From positions 1 to 11,473 of the forward strand of contig JBBCAW010000105.1 of NCBI GenBank assembly GCA_051382295.1: a stretch of 11,473 nucleotides of DNA, read 5' to 3'. The notes below the pieces were generated by a model. The model saw only the letters and a list, made by a program, of their open reading frames with translations, ran no database searches and was not told where the DNA came from. Shown piece after piece: positions 1-6,934 of the stretch. The translations under genes and the position numbers were made by a program. The DNA is from Bdellovibrionota bacterium FG-1. Lineage in GTDB: Bacteria > Bdellovibrionota > UBA1018. Numbering within the stretch: the stretch's first letter is position 1; each line of letters begins with the position of its first letter.

Positions 1-224
1 GTATCATTTCGAACTTTACTGGGACTTGGAACTCTCCGGCCTGGATTAACCTATCGAGAAGTCTACAGCGTTGCGCGCAGCGCGAAATCTTCAAAAACAT
101 CAATTAAGTGACAACCGGATAAGCAGGGATAGTTCGATACCCCAGCAAGAGAGATGACCTCTTCCGGCTGAAAACGTCGATTCATTATCTGATTTACGGG
201 GGGAAAAAGGTTGGGTCAATTGAA

Positions 225-2432
225 TTGAGTTATCAACCAGCGTCCGTATTCAGTGTCATTAGTTGGCAATTACTTGGGGCGTTGTGGATTATTTCGGTTA
301 TTTTGGTCATCTCATTGCGGCATCTTGCAGGGTACATTCAAAGACCGTTTAATGACTTTGGACGGCTACTCGAGCTTATTGGATATGAAAGCCTGGGCCA
401 AGTGCGATCGAATCTTGATGACTTTAAAACCAACGTGGATGAGGTCGGAATTTTGTCCGACCACATGAAAAAACACTTCGAAGCGATCGTTCAATACGAA
501 AAAAATGCTCAGGAGGAGAGCCGTGGAAGGGCACTTGTCAACCTTGCGTCTCAAGTGGCTCACGACATTCGCAGTCCGCTTTCAGCGTTGACGATGGCCG
601 AAAAGGAGTTTGCCAAACTTCCTGAGGAGACTCGTTTGATTGTTCGGAGTGCCGTTGGCCGTATTCGGGACATCGCTAATACTTTATTGGAGAGAAATCG
701 TGCACTCAAGGCTAACCAAGGGGTCGTGAGCGGTAGCGTCGGCGCCTCCGCCGAAGCCAAGACTATTCAGTTACTCTCCGCAATTCTGGATGGGATCGTG
801 AGTGAAAAACGAATGCAGTTCCGGCCTAAGCTTGGGATGAATATCGAATTCGAGGACACTCGTCGAAGTTACGGGCGGTTTGCTTCCATTCAAACCGGTG
901 AGTTCAAGCGAATGGTGTCCAACCTGATCAATAATGCGGTTGACGCACTTCCTGACGCGGGTCAAGTTTTTGTGACCCTGAATGGTGGAGATTCTGAGGT
1001 CGTGATTAAGGTACGCGATACTGGCAAAGGCATTCCCGCCGAAGTACTCGCAAAACTGGGCCAAAGAGGTGAAACCCACGGAAAGTCCGACGGTAACGGC
1101 CTTGGATTGTACCATGCGCGCACGCAATGTGAAGCCTGGGATGGAAGCCTGGCGATGACGTCTCAGGTAGGTGAGGGCACGATAGTGACCATCACTCTTC
1201 CGCGCGCCTTGCCTCCCGAGTGGTTCGTTGCAGAACTCAGGCTTGAGCCAAACTCAACTGTCGTGGTTCTCGATGATGATGACAGTATTCATCGGATTTG
1301 GCAGGGACGGGCGGAGTCCGAGAAGTTACTGGAAAAAGGAATCTCGCTGGTTCACCTGTCAACCCCATCGGACATTCGCAAGTGGCATGCGGAATGGATG
1401 CAAAAAGGATCTAAGGCGGTTCAGTACCTTTGTGATTATGAACTCCTTGGATTTGATGAAACCGGCCTGGATTTGATTGAGAAGTTGGGTATCGCCAATC
1501 AGAGCATTCTGGTGACCAGTCGCTATGAAGAGCCTAGCCTGCGCGAGCGTTGTAATACGCTCAAAATGTCACTTATTCCAAAGGGTATGGCCGGCTTTGT
1601 CCCTATCTCAGTTATGGCGAAAGCTGCAGATGCCGCCGCCCCATCTACTGCGTCAGACCCCAAGACTCCCGACGCCGTCCTCATTGACGATGACGATCTG
1701 ATCCACCTGACCTGGAAAGCCGCAGCCAGGCGCAAAGGACTCACGCTCCTGGGATTCAAATCTGTGGACGGGTTTTTACAAGCTGCTGGGTCGCTGAGTC
1801 GATCAATACCGGTTTATATCGACTCGTACCTCGGCAATGACGCAAATGGAAAGCCAGTCCAGGGCGAAGAGGTGTCACGCGAAATATCGAGCTTGGGCTT
1901 TGAAAAGATTTACCTGGCCACCGGCCTCGCGCCGGCCAATCCCGAGCGCTACCCATGGCTCACGGGAATTCGAGACAAGGATCCACCTTTTGATGAGGTG
2001 ACCGTTGAACGGGATTACGCTAGAATCCGCGCGTACTGTCACGATCTTCTTAAGCCGATTCAACAAGCCAATAATTTGTTACGAATGATGGATGGTGTTG
2101 AGCTCAGTGGAGATGGCGCGACCGTACTCACTTCGGATTACCTGCCGATTTTGGCGGGAGTGGGTGAAAGCCTTGGAAAACTTCGGCAACGACGCCTGGC
2201 CATGCGGAGCGAGATGACCGCCTCGGACCTTGCGTTGCTGTCCTCACTGGATCAACAGATCTGCCAGTCCTATGATCAAATTGAGCAAAATGCTCAGTGG
2301 TCGCCTGACCAAATGATCGGCCTCAAGAGAAGCGGTGATTTTCAAAAGCATTACAAAGCGATTCGCGAAGATTCTGCCGCGCTTCAGAGGGTTTCGGTGG
2401 CACTTTTGAATACGGGGGGTGGGCCTCCGTGA
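225..2432 (+). CDS. Hybrid sensor histidine kinase: TM + HAMP-like linker, HisKA, HATPase_c, two receiver-like domains, extra C-terminal helical domain (true start uncertain)
   Basis: 735-aa ORF. Hydrophobic segment VISWQLLGALWIISVILVISL; H-box SQVAHDIRSPL (His codon 561-563); N-box SNLINNAVDA; G1 VRDTGKGIP; G2 GNGLGL. REC1: VVVLDDD...YLCD (Asp 1434)...LVTS...IPK. REC2: AVLIDDD...VYID (Asp 1821)...LATG...DKDPPF. The TTG start has no clear SD and the frame is open back to 123. Confidence 0.93.
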   Translation: MSYQPASVFSVISWQLLGALWIISVILVISLRHLAGYIQRPFNDFGRLLELIGYESLGQVRSNLDDFKTNVDEVGILSDHMKKHFEAIVQYEKNAQEESRGRALVNLASQVAHDIRSPLSALTMAEKEFAKLPEETRLIVRSAVGRIRDIANTLLERNRALKANQGVVSGSVGASAEAKTIQLLSAILDGIVSEKRMQFRPKLGMNIEFEDTRRSYGRFASIQTGEFKRMVSNLINNAVDALPDAGQVFVTLNGGDSEVVIKVRDTGKGIPAEVLAKLGQRGETHGKSDGNGLGLYHARTQCEAWDGSLAMTSQVGEGTIVTITLPRALPPEWFVAELRLEPNSTVVVLDDDDSIHRIWQGRAESEKLLEKGISLVHLSTPSDIRKWHAEWMQKGSKAVQYLCDYELLGFDETGLDLIEKLGIANQSILVTSRYEEPSLRERCNTLKMSLIPKGMAGFVPISVMAKAADAAAPSTASDPKTPDAVLIDDDDLIHLTWKAAARRKGLTLLGFKSVDGFLQAAGSLSRSIPVYIDSYLGNDANGKPVQGEEVSREISSLGFEKIYLATGLAPANPERYPWLTGIRDKDPPFDEVTVERDYARIRAYCHDLLKPIQQANNLLRMMDGVELSGDGATVLTSDYLPILAGVGESLGKLRQRRLAMRSEMTASDLALLSSLDQQICQSYDQIEQNAQWSPDQMIGLKRSGDFQKHYKAIREDSAALQRVSVALLNTGGGPP

Positions 2433-2519
2433 TCGATGTAAAGCGACAACGAATTAAGGAGACCTGACCATGTCGCGAAGTTGGTCTTCCCGCCCAATTC
2501 ATGCCCCAATGACCCGCGA

Positions 2520-2528
2520 CCAAGGGGG
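2520..2528. repeat. Target site duplication, left copy (CCAAGGGGG)
   Basis: Identical 9-mer directly outside both IS ends (2520-2528 and 3906-3914); 9-bp TSDs are typical of IS50/Tn5. Confidence 0.95.
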
Positions 2529-2550
2529 CTGACTATTACCCACATGTTGC
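2529..2550. repeat. IS left terminal inverted repeat CTGACTATTACCCACATGTTGC
   Basis: Exact reverse complement of 3884-3905. Confidence 0.96.
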
Positions 2551-2622
2551 TGTGCGATAATTCATAAATTATCCTGCTGACGATCTGTCTGTTTTGCAGA
2601 TAAAAACCAGGAGACGACATGG

Positions 2623-3898
2623 ATGAGCTTCGTGAAGCCCGAGGATTGGGCATGGTGCATGGAGGAGTTTCAGGAAATTGACTTTGGTGATGCGCGTTTG
2701 AATTCGAGATTTCGAAAGACGGCTGGACTTCTGAGCTCCGCGCCGTCATCACCCATCAACAAGGCTTCCGGCAATTGGGCATGCGCGAAGGGGGCCTATC
2801 GGATGTTCGATAATGATCGCATAGATTCGGATACCATTATTAAAGAGCACAGGAAGAAAACGCTAGAGCGCGACAACGTATCTCAATTACGATAGCCACA
2901 AAGCAACGACCGGATTGGGGCATATCGGAAAAAGTCATGGAATAAACCCACAGGGCCTGATTATGCACACGGCGCTTGCAGTCAGCACGTCCGGGCTTCC
3001 ATTAGGGATCCTCGACCAGGATATCCGGGCACGGCCACCCAATTCTCGTGAGACAAAAGTAGACTGCAAAAGAATCCCAATCATGAAGAAAGAAAGCGGC
3101 CGTTGGATTCGATTTCTTCTGGCGATGAAACAACATTTTGCTGATGCCAGTTATGGATATTTATGGAAGACACTCGAAACGACAGCTTCCGCTTTACAAC
3201 AGTTTGAACTCGACGTAATTAGTCCAAAGTCGGGAGAAAAAAGAACGGCTTTAATAGAAGTACGCTTTGCCGAGATAGAGGTTTGTCCGCCAATACGTGC
3301 AATGCTCAGCAAACAACGACGCGATGGTGGCTCCAAGTGGTCGCCCCTAAAAACCAACGCTATCTTGGCGCGCGAGGTGGGGACGCCTGGCTCCGATGAA
3401 GCCTTAGAGTGGATGTTACTCACGCGGTTGCCGGTCAATGCACTGGAAGATGCTCTGGAAAAAATTCGTTGGTATCGTCTGCGATGGCATATAGAGGAAT
3501 TTCACAAAGTTTTGAAATCAGGATGCCGAGCAGAGGACTGTCGTCTATCATCCGCAACTAAGTTGACACGCTATCTCACTCTTGTAAGCGTCATCGCCAT
3601 AAGGCTCTACTGGATTACTCACCTTAACCGACACAAGCCAGATTCGCCATGCAATGTGGTCCTTGAGGAACATGAGTGGAAGGCGCTGCATTTAAAAATG
3701 ACTGGCTCCAAGACCGTCCCTACACTACCGCCGACACTTCGCCAGGCCACGCGGTGGATTGCGCAATTAGGTGGTTTTTTGGCCCGGAAAGGCGATGGCG
3801 AGCCAGGTATTGTGACGCTCTGGAGGGGCTGGCAACGGTTGCAGGACATTGCCGACGCCTGGCTCTTGTTCAATCGTCATGCTGCAACATGTGGGTAA
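2623..3898 (+). pseudogene. IS4-family (Tn5-like) transposase, frameshifted and internally deleted
   Basis: ORF 2623-2895 encodes the N-terminal DNA-binding region (W..EEF..IDFGDARLNSR...AKGAYRMFDN). The frame shifts near 2871 into TTYLNYDSHKATTGLGHIG, continuing as ORF 2915-3898 with KESGRW, the YREK motif YRLRWHIEEFHKVLK (3473-3517) and C-terminal LGGFLARKGDGEPG..TLWRGW. The first-Asp (xQDTT) and second-Asp (DRExD) segments are absent. Confidence 0.9.
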
Positions 3899-3905
3899 TA
3901 GTCAG
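3884..3905. repeat. IS right terminal inverted repeat GCAACATGTGGGTAATAGTCAG
   Basis: Reverse complement of 2529-2550; contains the transposase stop codon TAA (3896-3898). Confidence 0.96.
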
Positions 3906-3914
3906 CCAAGGGGG
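3906..3914. repeat. Target site duplication, right copy (CCAAGGGGG)
   Basis: Identical to 2520-2528. Confidence 0.95.
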
Positions 3915-4104
3915 AGACGGGTCAGCTCCTAGCCGTGTTTTTTTTCTCGGATGGGGTCCGCTATCCCAGTAAGGTTGTTTCCAAAGGGGTGTCTTGGTTA
4001 GTAACAATTTGTAACTATATGTAATATAATGTTTTTATATCAACACATTACCGCTATTGTAATCACCACTTAATTCAGATAATATGGCCATTGAGGTGAC
4101 TATT

Positions 4105-4344
4105 ATGAAAAAGAACTTAACGGCTATTGGTTCGAGCCTGGGCTTTATTATCGACAAGCCCATCGCCGAACTCTATCAGCTCGACCGTCACACTGTTATT
4201 GAAGTCACACCCAAAGAAGATGGACTTAATATTCGCTTTATTCGCGAAAAAACACACGCTCGCGCTAACGACGAAGATGTGCTCAAGGCTGTTGGTGACA
4301 TCAATAAGCGGTACGGAAAAATGATGAAGAATCTGGCGAAATGA
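4105..4344 (+). CDS. AbrB/MazE/SpoVT-type DNA-binding antitoxin
   Basis: N-terminus KNLTAIGSSLGFIIDKPIAELYQL fits the swapped-hairpin motif (IGNSxGxxI). SD GAGGTG at 4093-4098 favours ATG 4105 over 4084. The stop overlaps the toxin start (ATGA, 4341-4344). Confidence 0.85.
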   Translation: MKKNLTAIGSSLGFIIDKPIAELYQLDRHTVIEVTPKEDGLNIRFIREKTHARANDEDVLKAVGDINKRYGKMMKNLAK

Positions 4345-4736
4345 GTCTAAACCCCAAATTCCTCACCTTCGAGCAGGTCCTCGCCTTACATAAGATCCAA
4401 ATTGAACAATTTGGCGGCTCTCATGGCGTAAAGGATGAAGGGCTTTTACTCTCCGCTCTTGCTCAGCCCGAGGCAGGCTTTGGCGAAGAGTATTTGCACA
4501 AAGACCTGTACGAGATGGCTGCCGCATACCTATTCCATCTGGTGAAAAACCACGCATTCAATGACGGCAACAAACGGATCGCTGCTTTGACCGCGTCGGT
4601 TTTTCTCCAGGTAAATGGCCTCAAAGTGATCGCCGACGAACCCGAGTTTGAAAAACTCGTCCAGGACGCCGCACAGAGCTTGGTCACCAAAGAACAAGTC
4701 ACTGAGTTTTTCCGAAAGAACACTTCCGACGAGTAG
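4341..4736 (+). CDS. doc: Type II TA toxin, death-on-curing (Doc/Fic) family
   Basis: 131 aa with Doc motif NHAFNDGNKR and typical N-terminus FLT.EQVLALH...IEQFGGSHGVKDEGLLLSALAQP; coupled to the upstream antitoxin. Confidence 0.93.
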   Translation: MSLNPKFLTFEQVLALHKIQIEQFGGSHGVKDEGLLLSALAQPEAGFGEEYLHKDLYEMAAAYLFHLVKNHAFNDGNKRIAALTASVFLQVNGLKVIADEPEFEKLVQDAAQSLVTKEQVTEFFRKNTSDE

Positions 4737-4749
4737 ATCCGATTGGAGC

Positions 4750-5169
4750 CGAGAATATGGATGGACCCGTCTCTTCTATCCTGTGTAGCAGGCTAGCAAC
4801 ATACTGAGATTGATCAACAACGTCAATTTCGATGATGTGACCGATCCGGATTCCCTTTCCGACTATCTTCCCTTGTTAGCTGGTATCGGCAAGACCCTCA
4901 CCGGCCAGCGAGAGCATCGTCTTCAGATGAGAAACGAGATGACGACCGCTGACCTTGCTCGGGGCGCGAACTTGGATGATCGCCTGATGAAGGTATATGA
5001 CGAAGTAGAGCGAAGCGTTGTTTGCTCCCCCGATCAAATCGTGGGGTTGAAACGAAGTGAAGAACTGAGTCATCGTTGCAAAACGATCCAAGCTGAATCC
5101 TCAGCCTTGGCGCAGGAATCCACAGTGTTGTTGAATTCAAGTCGGCCGGGCATGACGCCGAAAGCATAG
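4750..5169 (+). pseudogene. Decayed paralogue of the histidine kinase C-terminal domain
   Basis: Ungapped hand alignment from SDYLP to LLN gives 44/93 identities with the kinase tail. Similarity continues upstream of the 4810 ORF through an in-frame TAG at 4786-4788 (REYGWTRLFYPV*QASNILRL vs RDYARIRAYCHDLLKPIQQANNLLRM). Confidence 0.8.
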
Positions 5170-5199
5170 CGTATTTTTTGCCAGCCATCTAAACGGTGT

Positions 5200-5208
5200 T
5201 GATATACT
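5200..5208 (+). promoter_or_regulatory. Putative extended -10 promoter (TGaTATACT) for a leaderless brnT-brnA transcript
   Basis: TGnTATACT ends 6 nt before ATG 5215, which has no SD. TTGCCA at 5178-5183 is a possible -35, with a long 19-bp spacing. Confidence 0.45.
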
Positions 5209-5214
5209 GTATTT

Positions 5215-5328
5215 ATGAAGTTTGATGAAAACTGCATGACGATTCCCGCAAAGAATGTGAAGGGCGAAGTTCGTTTCGGAACCGTCGGGATGATTCAAGG
5301 CAAACTCTGGGTGGCGCTGTGGACTTAC
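5215..5328 (+). pseudogene. brnT: BrnT-family toxin remnant
   Basis: MKF|DENCMTIPAKNVKGEVRFGTVGMIQGKLWVALWTY resembles the BrnT core (E.RF..IG.I.GK.W..V.TY). It lacks the EWD..K..N..KHG segment and the C-terminal RIIS.R. Confidence 0.75.
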
Positions 5329-5450
5329 CTCTCTGGGCGATCAGGGCGCTCGACAAGGAGGCCACTCGACGTGGGGTTGCACGCCAGGCACTCATGAAGA
5401 TGTGGCTTGTGGATCGGCTCGACTCGTTGAACGAGAAGCAAACAGCCTAA
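5319..5450 (+). pseudogene. brnA: BrnA/CopG-like antitoxin, C-terminal remnant (not in ORF track)
   Basis: My translation: VDLPLWAIRALDKEATRRGVARQALMKMWLVDRLDSLNEKQTA* (stop 5448-5450). It matches the pattern NVDFP.W...LD.EA.R.GV.RQ..IK.W..ERL of BrnT-associated antitoxins. There is no N-terminus or SD. Confidence 0.78.
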
Positions 5451-5507
5451 CTCTTGTTTTCATCGGGATGGCCATTTTTCTTTAGTTTTAGCTTTCAATA
5501 AAATTCG

Positions 5508-6077
5508 TTACCGAATCTGGCTTTCCAAGCTCTTCGCTCGCAAAACCAAAGCTGAGTAAGCTTTCTCTGAAATCACGCCATCAGTTACAGCCATCGTCCA
5601 TTGTTCATGCGCAAGGCGAGTGGCATCGCTGGCATTGGTGAGGTTTTGCGCGGCAATATTCTTAGCAATCGATTCAGAGACCCCGTTGATTCGATCTAGA
5701 GAGCGGTTAAACGCCTTCATTTGGATCGCCGTCGCGCCGATTTTTTTCATTTCGGGTTCGGACATTTTGGCCATTTGTGAAGTCGGCGCGCCCTGGTCAT
5801 CTAGAACCACGAGGCCGATCAGCACGGCAATGATCGTTTGAGTGATCAAGTAGCTGGGACGAGGCTTTGCGTGTGAAAGCTCTTGAACGCTCACTCCGAT
5901 ACCGACACCAATGATGGGTGAGGCCGCTGCAAGCACAATCAACGCTGGTACGATGCCTACTGAGGATAGCGCAAGCGCCGCCTGAGCGCGCCGAGGGGCG
6001 ATGGCCTGAGTGGTGATAAAGGTCATGAGGGTGAGGGCAAGGGCCAGGCGGATAAAGCTTTTATTGGAACGCGTCAT
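5508..6077 (-). CDS. Hypothetical exported/membrane protein (189 aa)
   Basis: SD AGGAG (6092-6088) before ATG 6077. Signal-peptide-like N-terminus ending RRAQA, then two hydrophobic segments and a helical C-terminus. The ORF-track start at 6161 is less likely. Confidence 0.75.
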   Translation of the reverse strand: MTRSNKSFIRLALALTLMTFITTQAIAPRRAQAALALSSVGIVPALIVLAAASPIIGVGIGVSVQELSHAKPRPSYLITQTIIAVLIGLVVLDDQGAPTSQMAKMSEPEMKKIGATAIQMKAFNRSLDRINGVSESIAKNIAAQNLTNASDATRLAHEQWTMAVTDGVISEKAYSALVLRAKSLESQIR

Positions 6078-6240
6078 AATAGGGAAACTCCTGTAAATTC
6101 TTGTGATGAGGGGTTTAATCTGGTTAAGGGATAAATACAAGCACAAAATGACGCATCGCATGAATCATTTCTTCTAACAATTTATTGATGTGACGCCAAT
6201 CAAAACACAATTGTCTGATCTAAAAATCGTCTTTGTTAGG

Positions 6241-6675
6241 TCAAAAATGATAATCCCGATAAACTTTGGCGACGCTATCGGGCATCACTACATCTTTAAG
6301 TTCATTTGAAGCCAGGGCCGCGTAGCCGACGTCAAAATCAGTGCTCACCATGAATGAAAAACGACTGCATTGAAACGCATTTAACACCATGGCGTCTGAA
6401 AGCCTCAAGCAGGACTGCTCGGAAATAGTTCGGGCGGCAGGCCAATCAATTGAGTTAGAAAATAGGTCCTTCTGAGGTGCTTGGTGCTGACTTATGTATG
6501 TCACTCCGCGCGCCGCCAGTTCATCTTCAAGTTTTTCGAGGCGACCAGACAAAATGGTGTCACAAACAGTTAACCATCCATGACGTCCAGAAAATGGGCC
6601 GGCCGAAAATGCCTTTTTGATATCCTTTAAATCCGTGTCAGTAAAAACGGAATCACTGCCGATTTTTCGAGTTCC
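6241..6675 (-). pseudogene. PIN-domain-like protein, C-terminal fragment lacking its start and N-terminus
   Basis: The frame is open from 6675 to 6241 with no start codon until TTG 6552. The C-terminal LSDAMVLNAF...FMVSTDFD resembles the last acidic motifs of PIN nucleases. The N-terminal DTN motif is absent. Confidence 0.55.
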
Positions 6676-6794
6676 TCATCTTTTTTCATGAGGTCATTAA
6701 ATTTTTCAATGCCCTTTGGATCGGGCGGCTGCCTTCTAATCTTCACCATGTCTTCAGCCAATGTTGCCCACGGTTTACTCTTCTTTGATTTCAT
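6627..6794 (-). CDS. Small 55-aa ORF, putative antitoxin/partner of the PIN-like fragment (3' end probably altered by a deletion)
   Basis: Strong SD TAGGAGGT (6810-6803) before ATG 6794. Translation MKSKKSKPWATLAEDMVKIRRQPPDPKGIEKFNDLMKKDEELEKSAVIPFLLTRI; overlaps the PIN-like frame. Confidence 0.55.
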   Translation of the reverse strand: MKSKKSKPWATLAEDMVKIRRQPPDPKGIEKFNDLMKKDEELEKSAVIPFLLTRI

Positions 6795-6934
6795 TTTAGG
6801 AAACCTCCTAAGCTCTAATATACCCTAACCTTATAACGTCCATCTGGGCGATATTACTACTGTTTTTTGTCGGTAGTTTGCAGTGCTGCCAATACCCCCC
6901 CACAGCGAGGGAAGACCCTCAGGTGAAAGAGGAA

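Larger units (their letters stand above)
2529..3905 (+). mobile_element. IS4-family (IS50/Tn5-like) insertion sequence, 1377 bp, probably non-autonomous
   Basis: Perfect 22-bp terminal inverted repeats starting CTGACT (as in IS50 ends), 9-bp TSD, and Tn5-like transposase remnants inside. Confidence 0.95.

Noticed and set aside
253..2066. Short alternative-frame and antisense ORFs inside the kinase gene (likewise those inside the transposase, doc, pdxH, thrS and rimI)
   Set aside because: They are shadow ORFs of well-supported genes with no recognisable motifs.
4105..4736. AbrB-type antitoxin paired with Doc (instead of Phd) as a novel system
   Set aside because: This pairing is already well known among type II TA modules.
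3914..4773. 10-bp inverted repeat GAGACGGGTC (3914-3923) / GACCCGTCTC (4764-4773) flanking the antitoxin-doc module
   Set aside because: Many 10-bp inverted matches are expected by chance in 11 kb. There is no TSD, and the right copy lies inside the kinase-tail remnant.
6172..6241. Possible integron attC site (- strand ACCTAAC at the PIN-like stop ... GTTAGAA), plus GCCTAAC at the brnA stop (5445-5451), suggesting a cassette array
   Set aside because: Inner L boxes do not pair convincingly, the 5445 site has no matching GTTRRRY partner, genes are in mixed orientations and there is no integrase in the window. IntegronFinder would settle it.
6856..6925. Small hairpins (ACTACTG/CGGTAGT; GAGGG-AAGA-CCCTC) downstream of the 6935-7483 gene as a terminator
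   Set aside because: Stems are short and there is no U-tract on the - strand.
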